From an uncultured Gemmatimonadaceae bacterium (GTDB taxonomy: Bacteria; Gemmatimonadota; Gemmatimonadetes; Gemmatimonadales; Gemmatimonadaceae): DNA of 64,000 bases. Shown piece by piece: positions 19,262 through 32,514 of the stretch. A program made the translations under genes and the position numbers. The DNA lies in contig CAWFQK010000002.1 of NCBI GenBank assembly GCA_963817955.1, positions 704,001-768,000 on the forward strand. Direction: 5' to 3'. Under the pieces are notes generated by a model, which saw only the letters and a list, made by a program, of their open reading frames with translations, was not told the origin of the DNA and did no database searches. Numbering within the stretch: position 1 is the stretch's first letter; each line of letters begins with the position of its first letter.

Positions 19262-20167
19262 TCAGTTGGACGCCACCAGCCGCACTTGCGTTCCCCAGGG
19301 ATCGCGTGCTGTCAGGTCCCTCCCATCGCGGTCCGCGATGAAGCCCTGGCTTTGCAGGCTCGCCGCGGCCGCATTGATCGCCATCTGATTGGGTACGACG
19401 AGTTCCCACTCGAGCAGCCGCGCGTCCTCGCTCGTAGCAACGGGCGCATTGGCCGCCCAGGTATTCGTTCCGAGGTGGTGATGGTATCCGCCGGCGGACA
19501 TGAACAGTGCACCCGGATACTCCCAGACGATCTTGTCAAAACCGAGCGCCTGGTGGTAGAAACGTTCGCCATGGTCCAGATCGCGCACGGAGAGGTGCAC
19601 ATGTCCAATCACCGTGCCAGACGGTGCGCCCGTCCATGGCTCGCCCCCAGCCGCCGCGACGAGATTCGGGACGTCGAGCGGAGTCGTGGTCATGATGATC
19701 TGTCTGTTATCGAACCGCCATTGGCTACGCGGGCGGTCGGCATACACCTCGATCCCGATTCCATCAGGATCCTGGAGATATACCGCCTCGCTGACGAGGT
19801 GGTCGGACATGCCGGCATGTACCCCGAGCGACGCGAGATGCGTGACGAACCGCCCGAGCGCGGCGCGATCAGGCAACAGGATGGCGAAGTGGTACAAGCC
19901 AAGATGCCCGCGACGTGAAACGGCACGGACGCCCGGCTTTTCGTGCAGCTCGACGAGCACGCGCTGATCGCCCCGCGCACCAAGCATCGCAACGTCGCCC
20001 GATCGCTGGATCACGCGCAGGCCAATCACGCTCTCGTAGTAGCCAACCGAGCGTTCGAGATCGGCAATCTGCAACCGCACGCGGCCGATGTGCGTCGCGT
20101 CTGGTAAACGAAAGCCGGGCGGCGCAATGCCATACTGGAGCATCTGGTGTCCTGCGGTATCGCTCAT
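19262..20167 (-). CDS. VOC-family catechol 2,3-dioxygenase-like protein (CatE-like)
   Basis: GLYHFAILLP, DHLVSEAVYLQDPDGIGIEVYADRP, GHVHL, AGGYHHHLGTNTW. Confidence 0.9.
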   Translation of the reverse strand: MSDTAGHQMLQYGIAPPGFRLPDATHIGRVRLQIADLERSVGYYESVIGLRVIQRSGDVAMLGARGDQRVLVELHEKPGVRAVSRRGHLGLYHFAILLPDRAALGRFVTHLASLGVHAGMSDHLVSEAVYLQDPDGIGIEVYADRPRSQWRFDNRQIIMTTTPLDVPNLVAAAGGEPWTGAPSGTVIGHVHLSVRDLDHGERFYHQALGFDKIVWEYPGALFMSAGGYHHHLGTNTWAANAPVATSEDARLLEWELVVPNQMAINAAAASLQSQGFIADRDGRDLTARDPWGTQVRLVASN

Positions 20168-20196
20168 TGGAACCTCACGGGTTCCTGTGGATCACA

Positions 20197-20646
20197 TCAC
20201 CGGCGCAACGTGGGTTGCACCGCGGCATCGGCGCGCCGTCCAGCAAGGATGGCGTCGACCGAGTACCCACCTGGCCCGGCGAGCATCAGCGCAATGCTCG
20301 TCCCGAGCAGCGTAAACGGGAACTCGTAGCCAGTCGGCAGAAAGAAGCCGTTCTTGAAATGGACGAACAGGATGGCGCCGATCATGTCGGCGGCAATGCA
20401 GAGCGTGGCGAGCCGCGTGAACAGGCCGATGATCAGCGCAATACCGGCCAGGAATTCCACGACGCCAATGAACGGCCCGATGATGCCAGGCAGCGGAATG
20501 CCCATGTGCGTGAACGCGGCGGCAGTGCCGGACAACCCGTAGACGAATAGCTTTTGCCCACCGTGCATGACGAAGACGCAACCGAGTATCACCCGAAGCA
20601 GGAACAGGGCGCCGTCGATGCGGTTGGAAGCAGTACGCGAGGCCAT
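20197..20646 (-). CDS. DoxX-family membrane protein (CatD-like)
   Basis: LRVILG...HGGQKLF, GLFTRLA, GYEF, GPGGYSVD. Confidence 0.9.
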   Translation of the reverse strand: MASRTASNRIDGALFLLRVILGCVFVMHGGQKLFVYGLSGTAAAFTHMGIPLPGIIGPFIGVVEFLAGIALIIGLFTRLATLCIAADMIGAILFVHFKNGFFLPTGYEFPFTLLGTSIALMLAGPGGYSVDAILAGRRADAAVQPTLRR

Positions 20647-20684
20647 CGGGTGAATTCTCTTGGTTGAGGGACGAACCGCGGCAA

Positions 20685-22802
20685 TTACCGGTCTCCCGGC
20701 TCCGGGTTCAATCCGCGCTGCACGAGCAACGGTTCGACGCTCGGCGCCCGTCCGCGGAATTTACGATAGAGCGCCGCCACGTCCTGCGTGCCGCCGCGCG
20801 ATAGAATCTCGTCGCGGAACGTCTGGCCATTCTGACGCGTGAGACCGCCACGTTCGGTAAACCAAGCGTATGCGTCGTGATCGAGCACTTCGGCCCAGAG
20901 ATAAGCATAGTACCCCGCCTCATAGCCGCCATGCCAGATGTGCGCGAAGTACGTCGTTCGATAACGCGGCGGCACTTCGTGAAGGCTCACCTGGTAACGC
21001 GCCAAGGCTTCGGCTTCGTAGACGTCTACATCCTGTATGGGCGCACCTGGTGGGAGTGTGTGCCAGCCCATGTCGAGCAGCGCCGCCGAAATGTACTCGG
21101 TGAGGGCGAACCCCTGATTGAACGTGCGCGACGTCTTCATCTTGTCCACCAATGCTTGCGGCATCGGCGTGCCAGTCTGATGGTGCTTGGCGTAGTGCGC
21201 GAAGACCACCGGGTGCGTGGCCCAGTGCTCGTTGAACTGCGACGGAAACTCGACAAAGTCGCGTGGGACGTTCGTACCGGACAGCATGGGGTACTGCACA
21301 GACGAGAACATGGCGTGCAACGCGTGGCCGAACTCGTGAAACAACGTCGTCACGTCGTCGAAGCTGAGCAACGCGGGCTGACCCGGCGCCGGCCTCGAGA
21401 AGTTCGCAATATTATAGACGACGGGCCGCGTGCCGAGGAGCGTCGATTGACCGACGAATTCGTCCATCCACGCGCCGCCACTCTTGTTGTCACGCTTGAG
21501 GAAATCACCGTAGAAGAGCGCCAGCGGCGAACCATCCGTGTCGAGCACCTCGAAGACGCGCACCTCGGGATGATAGACGGGAAGATCCTCGCGCTCCCTG
21601 AACGTGATGCCGTATAACTGGTGCGCGGCAAAGAACACCCCGTCGTGTAATACACGATCGAGCTCGAAGTACGGCTTGATCTGCGATTCATCGAGATCGT
21701 ATTCCGCCCTGCGCACCTGCTCCGCATAGTACTGCCAGTCCCACGGCTGCAGGGCGAACCCACCCTGCTGGCTGTCGATCAGCGCCTGCATCTTCGCCGC
21801 TTCCGTGCGTGCCTTGGCGGCAGCCGGCGCGCCGATCTCGGTGAGCAGCTTGATCGCGGCCTCCGGCGTCTTGGCCATCTGATCATCGAGGACATAGGCT
21901 GCCGCGGTCGGGAAACCCAGCAGATGAGCGCGGTCGGCGCGCAGTTGCGCGAGTCGCTGCATGATGGCGCGCGTGTCCATGCTGTCGCCGCGATCGGCGC
22001 GATGGATGGATGCCTCGAACAACCGCTGCCGCGTGGCGCGGCGTCGCAATGTTTCCTGAGATGGCTGCTGCGTCGTGTTCTGGAGCGGGAGGACCCACCT
22101 GCCGGCAAGCTGGCGCTCCTTCGCCGCCTCGGCGGCGGCTTCGACATCCACAGGACTGAGCCCCTCGAGCTCCTCCGCGTCGTTCACGATGAGCGCGCCA
22201 GCCTTCGTCGCAGCGAGCAGACGGTTCTGCAATTCGGTGGTGAGCGTGGACTCTTCCTGATTCAACGCGCGGAGCCGGGTCTTATTCGCCTCGTTCAGAC
22301 GCGCGCCGGCGCGCACGAAGTCCAGATAGTAGCGCTCAACCAACTGCACCTGCTCTGGCGTGAGCCCCGAGTCCTCACGCTGATCGTGCAACGAGCAGAG
22401 GCGCTGAAACAGTCTGTCATTGAGAAAAATTGCATCGCTGTGCGCCGCAAGCTTCGGGGCGACTACGCCTTGCACGGCCTGCAGCACGTCATTGGTGTTC
22501 GCCGCGGTAATGCCGTTGAACACCTTGAGCACACGCGTCAGCAGTTCGCCCGAGCATTCGAGCGGAACGATCGTGTTCTCGAACGTCGGCGCGACACTCG
22601 CGTTCGCGATCGTCTCCACCTCCGCCAGATGTTGCCGCATGCCTTCTTCAATTGCCGGCTGAAAATCGGCGTCGTGTATCCGATCGAACGGAGGCGCCTG
22701 AAACGGCAGCTCGCTTGCTCGGGCGAACGGATTGTCGTGAGGAAGGGCCGATGGCGTCGGTGGGGTCACGGCCGGGGCAGAGGGACGCACGGTCGAGCTC
22801 AC
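20685..22802 (-). CDS. dcp: M3-family peptidyl-dipeptidase Dcp
   Basis: HEFGHALH zinc motif, KSGGAWM, PRDFVEFPSQ, AGYYAYLWAEVLD; GTG start at 22802 is inferred. Confidence 0.88.
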   Translation of the reverse strand: MSSTVRPSAPAVTPPTPSALPHDNPFARASELPFQAPPFDRIHDADFQPAIEEGMRQHLAEVETIANASVAPTFENTIVPLECSGELLTRVLKVFNGITAANTNDVLQAVQGVVAPKLAAHSDAIFLNDRLFQRLCSLHDQREDSGLTPEQVQLVERYYLDFVRAGARLNEANKTRLRALNQEESTLTTELQNRLLAATKAGALIVNDAEELEGLSPVDVEAAAEAAKERQLAGRWVLPLQNTTQQPSQETLRRRATRQRLFEASIHRADRGDSMDTRAIMQRLAQLRADRAHLLGFPTAAAYVLDDQMAKTPEAAIKLLTEIGAPAAAKARTEAAKMQALIDSQQGGFALQPWDWQYYAEQVRRAEYDLDESQIKPYFELDRVLHDGVFFAAHQLYGITFREREDLPVYHPEVRVFEVLDTDGSPLALFYGDFLKRDNKSGGAWMDEFVGQSTLLGTRPVVYNIANFSRPAPGQPALLSFDDVTTLFHEFGHALHAMFSSVQYPMLSGTNVPRDFVEFPSQFNEHWATHPVVFAHYAKHHQTGTPMPQALVDKMKTSRTFNQGFALTEYISAALLDMGWHTLPPGAPIQDVDVYEAEALARYQVSLHEVPPRYRTTYFAHIWHGGYEAGYYAYLWAEVLDHDAYAWFTERGGLTRQNGQTFRDEILSRGGTQDVAALYRKFRGRAPSVEPLLVQRGLNPEPGDR

Positions 22803-22812
22803 GACCGATCCC

Positions 22813-23058
22813 TCACACGCGCCGCGCCCCACCGCCCCCACCGATGTACGTGAGCTGCTTACCGACCGCGACGTGCACGGCGACGATTGCAATGACGACG
22901 AGTCCAGTCGAGATCCAGGTGACGACCGACATCACCGGCGTCATACCCCCGGTTGTCGTGGAGCGGCTGAGGTACGCCACATACAGGTATGCGGCAACGT
23001 AGGCCACGCTCAATGCATACATGGCGAGCCCGGCCAGACGAGCAAGTTTGGGAGGCAT
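22813..23058 (-). CDS. small two-TM membrane protein
   Basis: MPPKLARLAGLAMYALSV...; RBS-like GAGGA upstream; two hydrophobic segments. Confidence 0.6.
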   Translation of the reverse strand: MPPKLARLAGLAMYALSVAYVAAYLYVAYLSRSTTTGGMTPVMSVVTWISTGLVVIAIVAVHVAVGKQLTYIGGGGGARRV

Positions 23059-23117
23059 CGTTTCCTCGTGACCGCGAAGTGAATACGTAAGTTCTTCGCG
23101 TACGCGACAGTACGCAA

Positions 23118-24449
23118 CTAAAAGACCAGGGCCTCGACGCCGGCCCGCGTGACGCGGTGCGAAACGAGCGGGAGCGGCGGATCGCATTCGTCCGACACAC
23201 CAATCGCGGCGAGCAACGCCTGGCGTCCTTTGTCGATCCCCGAGTGATTGTGCGCGAAGATCGTCGCCAGCGGCTCGCCGGCCTCGACCCAATTACCGGG
23301 GCACGCCGTGATGACGAACCCGACACTGGGATCGACGATGCCGTCGACCCTCGTACGCCCCCCCCCCATCTCGATGATGCCGCGTCCAATGGCGCGCGGC
23401 TCGATGCCGGAAACGAATCCACGTCGCGGCGAGTGGAATACCTCGGACTCAGCGGCCTGCGGTAGGACAGCGGGGTCATCGACAACACTCGGATTCCCTC
23501 CCTGCGCTTCGATGATCTGCTGGAACTGGCGCGCAGCACGGCCGTCGGCGATCGCAGCGGACATGTCCCGTCGTGCGGATGCCTGATCCGGCGAATGGCC
23601 GGCGAGCATCAACATTTCGGCGCCAAGCGCATACGTCACTTCCATGAGATCCGCTGGACCCTCGCCCTTGAGGGCGGCAATCGACTCTTCGACTTCGAGC
23701 GCATTGCCGCAAGCCCGTCCGAGTGGCCGATCCATGGCCGTGAGCAACGCTACTACCGGACATCCATGATCCGCGCCAAGTGCAATCATGATCTCCGCTA
23801 ACGCCAGTCCGCGCTCGAGTTCAGGAAGGAACGCGCCGCTGCCGCGCTTGATGTCGAGAACGAGACCGGTCAACCCCTCCGCGAGCTTCTTGCTCATGAT
23901 GCTCGCGGCAATGAGCGGAATGGATTCGACGGTCGCCGTGGCGTCGCGTAGCGCGTACAGCTTGCGGTCGGCGGGCGCGATCTCTGGCGTCTGTCCAATC
24001 AGCGCACAGTTGATCTGCTCGATCTGCGCGCGCGCCTCAGCGAGCGAAAGGTCGGTGCGGAAGCCGGGAATCGATTCGAGCTTGTCGAGGGTACCGCCGG
24101 TATGCCCGAGCGAGCGCCCGGACATCATCGGCACAGCAACGCCGAGGGAGGCGACGAGCGGCGCGAGCACGAGCGACACTTTGTCACCGACGCCACCGGT
24201 GGAGTGTTTGTCGATGCGCGGGCGACCGAGATCCGACAGATCGAGCCGGTCGCCACTCGCGAGCATGGCATCCGTTAGAGCCGCCGTTTCGCCGCGATCG
24301 AGTCCGCGGAGATAGCAGGCCATTAATAGGGCCGCCATCTGATATTCCGGCACATGGTCTCCGGCATACGCCGACAGCAGCGCACGCCATTCCCCTGACT
24401 CGATCCGTCCTCCATCACGCTTTCGCTCGATCAGACGATGTGCGAGCAT
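23118..24449 (-). CDS. pdp: pyrimidine-nucleoside/thymidine phosphorylase
   Basis: DKHSTGGVGDK, SGRSLGHTGGTLDKLESIPG, SIMSKKLAEG. Confidence 0.93.
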   Translation of the reverse strand: MLAHRLIERKRDGGRIESGEWRALLSAYAGDHVPEYQMAALLMACYLRGLDRGETAALTDAMLASGDRLDLSDLGRPRIDKHSTGGVGDKVSLVLAPLVASLGVAVPMMSGRSLGHTGGTLDKLESIPGFRTDLSLAEARAQIEQINCALIGQTPEIAPADRKLYALRDATATVESIPLIAASIMSKKLAEGLTGLVLDIKRGSGAFLPELERGLALAEIMIALGADHGCPVVALLTAMDRPLGRACGNALEVEESIAALKGEGPADLMEVTYALGAEMLMLAGHSPDQASARRDMSAAIADGRAARQFQQIIEAQGGNPSVVDDPAVLPQAAESEVFHSPRRGFVSGIEPRAIGRGIIEMGGGRTRVDGIVDPSVGFVITACPGNWVEAGEPLATIFAHNHSGIDKGRQALLAAIGVSDECDPPLPLVSHRVTRAGVEALVF

Positions 24450-24500
24450 TGAGCCGGATTAGGGGTGCTGTCCACTGATCTCGTTCCTACGGAGTTGGTC

Positions 24501-25178
24501 ATGAAACTTCATGTGGCTTGTGCCGTCGGTGGGCTGGTAGTCGGCCATGCGCTGGGCGCGCAGACCGGCGCGGATTCGAACAGCTACGCCTGGCTCGTGA
24601 AAGCCGCGTCGGCAGCAGTGGATTCCGGCGAGTTCAACACGAATGTCGAGCAACGCACGGCACAGTACAGAAGGGCAGAACAGTACGCGCGTCGCGCCGT
24701 TGCGGCAAACCCCGGCGATGCCGAGGGACATTTCGAACTGGCAAAGGCAATCGGTCGGAATGCGCTCACCATGGGCACACGGGACAAGATCAAGTTCGCG
24801 GGCGAGGTGCACGAGCAGGCGATGGATGCGCTGAAACTCAGCCCGAAGCATGGCGGTGCGCTGCACGTCATGGGCGTTTGGAACGCCGAGATCATGCGGC
24901 TGAACGGGTTCTCGCGCATGATCGCGAAGAACTTCCTCGGCGGCAAGATCTTTGGCGAAGCAAGCTGGGACAACGCCGAGAAGTACCTCCAAGAGGCAGT
25001 GGCGGCCGAGCCAAACCGCATCACGCACCACCTCGACCTTGGCGCCGTCTATGCCGATCGGAACGACAAAGCGCGGGCGATCGAACAATACGAGTGGGTC
25101 GAGCGCGCGCCGGCCACGGAGTTCAATGACCGGCATTACAAGGATGAAGCCGCGCGCCGTCTGAAGGACCTACGCTGA
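24501..25178 (+). CDS. secreted TPR-like protein
   Basis: Signal peptide; helical repeats such as AVAANPGDAEGHFELA. Confidence 0.75.
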   Translation: MKLHVACAVGGLVVGHALGAQTGADSNSYAWLVKAASAAVDSGEFNTNVEQRTAQYRRAEQYARRAVAANPGDAEGHFELAKAIGRNALTMGTRDKIKFAGEVHEQAMDALKLSPKHGGALHVMGVWNAEIMRLNGFSRMIAKNFLGGKIFGEASWDNAEKYLQEAVAAEPNRITHHLDLGAVYADRNDKARAIEQYEWVERAPATEFNDRHYKDEAARRLKDLR

Positions 25179-25179
25179 T

Positions 25180-25485
25180 CTAGTCGATCATGCCGGCAAA
25201 CGCGCCGGCATGATCACGGCGATGCTGCCTTGCCCGTTGCCGGCGCCGAACTGCACGCCTGATTTCGTCGCGCAGGTCGTCCCACGCGTCGTGACCTTTC
25301 CGGGTGAGCCGGCGTCCCGTTCGGCGGAGTGAATGCCGCGTGTCCTCGCCCGCTTGCGGCGCAAAGAGCAAGGCTCCAGCGACGCCGAGCGCCGCGCCGA
25401 GCGCAACCCCAGCGGCAAAGCCAAACGCCCCGGAGCCGTCATGCCTGGAGAATAGGGATTTCGCAGTCCCGGGCCGGACGCTCAT
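25180..25485 (-). CDS. YtxH-domain protein
   Basis: FAAGVALGAALGVAGALLFAPQAGEDTR. Confidence 0.8.
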   Translation of the reverse strand: MSVRPGTAKSLFSRHDGSGAFGFAAGVALGAALGVAGALLFAPQAGEDTRHSLRRTGRRLTRKGHDAWDDLRDEIRRAVRRRQRARQHRRDHAGAFAGMID

Positions 25486-25769
25486 GGGCCGACTCGCCGC
25501 GGGTCGCGGAAAGTGTACAAGGTCTGGGGCGCGTCTTCCGCGCGAAACAGGGCCGGCGTACGACATGTGTGGGGGTCTCCGTGATCCATGGTAAGGAAAT
25601 TGCGACAAACCGGCCTTAACGAGATATTTCCCGGCGCCGCGTGCTGGAACGAGATATTCTGTGCATCGCACCCTGCCGCCACCTAATATCCTGCCGTGAA
25701 ACTCAAACCTGCTCTGCACCGCGACGCTGGACATGCTGCAGGTTCACCATCGACGGTGTGAGGACTCGC

Positions 25770-26165
25770 ATGGCCACGAACGGAAAAAGGGTTCTTCTCG
25801 TCGAGGACAACGAGGACAACCGCATCGTCTATTCCACCATTCTTCGCCATTTCGGCTATACGGTCTCCGAGGCGCTGAATGGAGAGGAAGGGATCGCCAA
25901 GGCGCGGTCGGAGAAGCCCGATCTGATTCTGATGGATATTTCGATCCCCGTCATCGACGGGTGGGAAGCGACGCAGGTGCTCAAGCACGATCCGCAGACC
26001 CGAGAGATCCCGATTATCGCGCTCACAGCCCATGCACTGGCCTCCGATCGAGAGAAGGCGATGGAGGTGGGTTGCGATGGCTATCTCGCCAAGCCATGTG
26101 AGCCGAGGGTGGTCGTTGCCGAAGTCCAACGATTCCTCGGAAAGAGCGATGGAAGCCCCGCGTGA
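25770..26165 (+). CDS. single-domain response regulator, DivK-like
   Basis: VLLVEDNEDN, PDLILMD, IPIIALTAHA, GCDGYLAKP. Confidence 0.9.
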   Translation: MATNGKRVLLVEDNEDNRIVYSTILRHFGYTVSEALNGEEGIAKARSEKPDLILMDISIPVIDGWEATQVLKHDPQTREIPIIALTAHALASDREKAMEVGCDGYLAKPCEPRVVVAEVQRFLGKSDGSPA

Positions 26166-27133
26166 GACCGCCCCTGCGCGCATCCTGATCGTCGACGATC
26201 ACGAAGACAATATCGAGCTACTACGCGCGCGACTCGAGTCGTGGGGCTACACCACGGAAAGCGCCGCTGACGGAGAGGAAGCACTCTTCAAAGTCGAAGC
26301 GTCACCGCCGGACCTGATCCTGCTCGACGTCATGTTGCCGAAGATCGACGGCATCGAGGTCGCGCGCCGCGTCAAGGGCGACAGCATGCTGCCGTTCATA
26401 CCGATCATCATGCAGACGGCGCTGGACGCGACGGAGAACAAGGTCGAAGGCCTCGAGGCGGGTGCCGACGACTACATCACCAAACCCATCGACTTCGCCG
26501 AGCTCAAGGCGCGGCTCAACTCCATGCTGCGCATCAAGCGCCTGCAGGAGGAGCTCGAGGAGCGCGAGCGCCAGTTACTGGAAGCCAATGAACGTCTGCG
26601 ATACATGTCACAGACGGACAGCCTCACGGGACTCGATAATAGACGGCATCTCGAGGAACGCCTGGAGGAGATGTTCGAGCACGCCAGCCGGCTTGCCGAA
26701 CCGTTCTCCTGCGTCATGTGCGATCTCGATCGTTTCAAGAGTGTGAACGACACGTATGGGCACCAGGCGGGTGACGCGGTGCTCAAGCAGTTCGCGCGCA
26801 TCCTCCGCAACGAGGTGCGCGAGATCGACCGCGTCGGCCGGTACGGTGGCGAGGAGTTCATGCTGCTCCTGCCCGGCGCGGTGCTCGACTCGGCGGCGAC
26901 GTTCGCGGAAAGGGTGCGAAAACAGGTCGAGGCACATACATTCACGTTCGACGGCGCCCCGATCCAACGCACGGCGAGCTTCGGGGTGTCTGCTTGGCCA
27001 CACCCGCGCGTCGAGAACTGCGACGCATTGATGCGCGCCGCCGATGACGCGCTGTACGTCGCGAAGGAGACCGGCCGCAATCGGGTCGTTCGCTTCGACA
27101 GCGACGAATTCAACGAGCACATCGCGGCGGAAG

Positions 27134-27147
<14 letters not shown>
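26149..27147 (+). CDS. REC-GGDEF diguanylate cyclase
   Basis: REC domain; DSLTGL; DLDRFKSVNDTYGH; RxxD I-site (REID) followed by GGEEF. Confidence 0.92.
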
Positions 27148-29993
<2,846 letters not shown>

Positions 29994-30007
29994 TCAAGGA
30001 GAGCCCG

Positions 30008-30565
30008 ATGGCATCGTCGATCGACCTATCCGGGAATGCGCTCGTCGCCCTGACGCGCGATTCGCTGATCGCATTGCGCAACGGCCTGTTCCGCGACGTC
30101 GGGCCGAACGCGGCGGCCCTGCTCCAAGAGGCGGGATATGCCGGGGGGCCGGCGCTGTTCGATGCGTTCACACGCTGGCTGTCGGCGCGCGGCTTGTCAG
30201 CGCCCGAATCGCTGCCCGCCACGGAGTTTGCGTCGCGCGCATCGGAATTCTTTCGCGACACCGGGTGGGGATCGATCGCCCTCGGCTCCATGGAGTCGGT
30301 CGCCACGGTCGATTCCGCCGACTGGGCGGAAAGCGATCCGGCATATCCGCTCGAGTTTCCAGGATGCTACTACACCGCGGGCGTGATGGCCGATTTCTTT
30401 GGCCGACTCGCCGGCGTACCACTGGCGGCTATGGAAGTAGAATGTCGCTCGATGGGTGCCGAACGCTGCCGGTTCCTGGTGGGCGGACCGGAGACCATGC
30501 AGCGCGTCTACGATGCGATGGCCGACGGTACGACGTACGATCAAGCGGTGGCGGCGTCGGTGTAG
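30008..30565 (+). CDS. V4R-domain protein
   Basis: TGWG, GCYYTAG, EVECRSMGAERCRF. Confidence 0.85.
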   Translation: MASSIDLSGNALVALTRDSLIALRNGLFRDVGPNAAALLQEAGYAGGPALFDAFTRWLSARGLSAPESLPATEFASRASEFFRDTGWGSIALGSMESVATVDSADWAESDPAYPLEFPGCYYTAGVMADFFGRLAGVPLAAMEVECRSMGAERCRFLVGGPETMQRVYDAMADGTTYDQAVAASV

Positions 30566-30576
30566 CGCCGCCGAGT

Positions 30577-31110
30577 TCACGGTCCCGCTTTCAACGCCTC
30601 GGCGTACAGGGGATTGGGCACGAGGTCGCCGTCGATCAGCACTTCGCGATCCCAAGGCAGAATGATGGTGCTTTCCGTCGCGAGCGCGTGATAGTCCGGC
30701 GTGTAGGGGCCGGTCTGAAAGGCAACGGCGGTGCGCACGTCGGCGGCCCCTGCATTCACTATCGCCGCAACGGCGAGGCGGATCGTGTCGCCCGTGTCGC
30801 ACGTTTCGTCCACCACGAGCACGCGCCGGCCGCGAGCCGACGGCGGCGCGGCACTGAGGACGGCGGGCGTTTCGCGTACGGCTTCGGCGCCAAACCGACG
30901 GCTGACGATCATGGAGTGGAACTCACGTCCGAGAATCGCGGCAATCACGGCGCCCGGTACGACTCCGGCGGCGGCGATCCCTACCACCAGCTCGGGGTCG
31001 TAGCTGCGGGCCACCTTGAGTGCGAGTCCACGAGAGAGCTCGCCAAACAACGGCCACTCCACCTCGAAAACCCCCCGGGACTGCTCGATCATCGATCGGC
31101 GTGGCGACAT
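30577..31110 (-). CDS. type I phosphoribosyltransferase-family protein
   Basis: PRPP loop VLVVDETCDTGDT; ILPWD. Confidence 0.85.
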   Translation of the reverse strand: MSPRRSMIEQSRGVFEVEWPLFGELSRGLALKVARSYDPELVVGIAAAGVVPGAVIAAILGREFHSMIVSRRFGAEAVRETPAVLSAAPPSARGRRVLVVDETCDTGDTIRLAVAAIVNAGAADVRTAVAFQTGPYTPDYHALATESTIILPWDREVLIDGDLVPNPLYAEALKAGP

Positions 31111-31292
31111 GCTGGTAATCTACCGTTGCGTCGAGTGGCGTGGATGCACGTTTGACGCCGCGCACGGCGGGTTTTCATAGGGACATCGTGGTTGATCCTG
31201 TTACTTTCAACCGATACCTTTGCCGCACGCCATGTCATTCCTCTGGCAGCCCTGATGCGGCTGTTTTGTTGTCCCAAACATTATCGAATCGC

Positions 31293-31745
31293 ATGTCCTG
31301 GTGGAGTCGCCTGATCGGCGGGAAATCTGGTGGCGACCTCAAGCCTCAACGCCTGGATTATTTGAGCGAGGCGATGGCGCTGGAGCGTCAGGGAGATTAC
31401 GACGCTGCCCTGACGTCGTACCGCCTGGCACTGCGCGACCGGCCGAACGACACGAAGATTCTGCAGAACATGGCGATCGCCTTCACGAAGACGACTCGCC
31501 CCGAGGAAGCCATTCGGTGCTATCGGGCCGCACTCGACCACAATCCGCAGCTCTCCGGGGCACATTACGGGCTCGCCTTTTTGCTCATGAAGCGTGGCGA
31601 TCGCGACGGCGCCATCAAACACCTTGACGCGTTTCTCGCTCAGACGCCGTCTGGACCGGAATCGGCACGCTGGGTCCGGCATGCAGAGGAGACATTGGAG
31701 ACGCTCCGAGCGAGCGAACCCGTCTCCGACGACTCCGAGCACTAG
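31293..31745 (+). CDS. TPR protein
   Basis: GDYDAALTSYRLAL, EEAIRCYRAAL, AHYGLAFLL. Confidence 0.85.
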   Translation: MSWWSRLIGGKSGGDLKPQRLDYLSEAMALERQGDYDAALTSYRLALRDRPNDTKILQNMAIAFTKTTRPEEAIRCYRAALDHNPQLSGAHYGLAFLLMKRGDRDGAIKHLDAFLAQTPSGPESARWVRHAEETLETLRASEPVSDDSEH

Positions 31746-31746
31746 C

Positions 31747-32514
31747 GTGGGCCAGACTCTCGCGATTGTGAGCCAGAAGGGCGGCGTCGGAAAAACGACG
31801 ACAGCCATCAACATCGCGGCGGCCTTGGCGCGCCGGGGCAGGAAGACGCTCCTGATCGACGCCGATCCCCAGGGATCAGTCCGCTTCGGGCTTGGACTCA
31901 GCGCTGCAGCGACCCGCGTCGGCCTGTCGGACTACCTCGCCGGCACGCATGAAATGCATGAAGTCGTTCGGCCGACCAGCCTGCCGTGGCTGCGCGTCGT
32001 GTCCGCGGGCAGCGTCACGGAGAACCCGCTTCACGACGTGTATCAGCACCAACTCGCCGAGTCGTCGCGAACGCAGGAGTTGTTCGACCGCGCACGGGAG
32101 CGCGGATATACCGTGATCGTCGACACGCCGCCCGGCCTAGGGCCGGTTGTCCATCGCGTCCTCGCTTGCAGCCAGCATGTGCTCGTGCCGTTGCAGTGCG
32201 AACCCCTGGCGTTACAGACAACCACACAGATCCTGCGCGGCATTCGCGCCGCACTTGCGGAGAATCCCGGACTGACGCTCGACGGCATTCTTCTCACTAT
32301 GTTCGAGCCGGGTAATCCGTCCTCGGAGCGCGTAGCCGCCTACGTGCGGGAACAGCTTCCGCGTGGGCTGGTATTGGATATGTCAGTACCGCGAACGCTG
32401 GCGTCTGTCGATGCGTTCGCCGCGGGCCAGCCGGTGGTTCTGCGCTCGCCGGAGGATCCGGCTGCGCAGGTGTATCGCGCAGTGGCCGACTATCTCGCAG
32501 GACGACTCGAGTGA
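31747..32514 (+). CDS. ParA/Soj-family ATPase (no adjacent parB)
   Basis: QKGGVGKTTT, IDADPQG, VDTPP, VPLQCEPLA. Confidence 0.9.
   Translation: MGQTLAIVSQKGGVGKTTTAINIAAALARRGRKTLLIDADPQGSVRFGLGLSAAATRVGLSDYLAGTHEMHEVVRPTSLPWLRVVSAGSVTENPLHDVYQHQLAESSRTQELFDRARERGYTVIVDTPPGLGPVVHRVLACSQHVLVPLQCEPLALQTTTQILRGIRAALAENPGLTLDGILLTMFEPGNPSSERVAAYVREQLPRGLVLDMSVPRTLASVDAFAAGQPVVLRSPEDPAAQVYRAVADYLAGRLE

Noticed and set aside
19110..19409. 99-aa ORF or leader upstream of the NRAMP gene
   Set aside because: Overlaps the catE-like gene and shows no recognisable motif; insufficient support
31747..32514. Plasmid or chromosome partition locus
   Set aside because: No parB, rep gene or parS-like palindrome nearby; context is housekeeping
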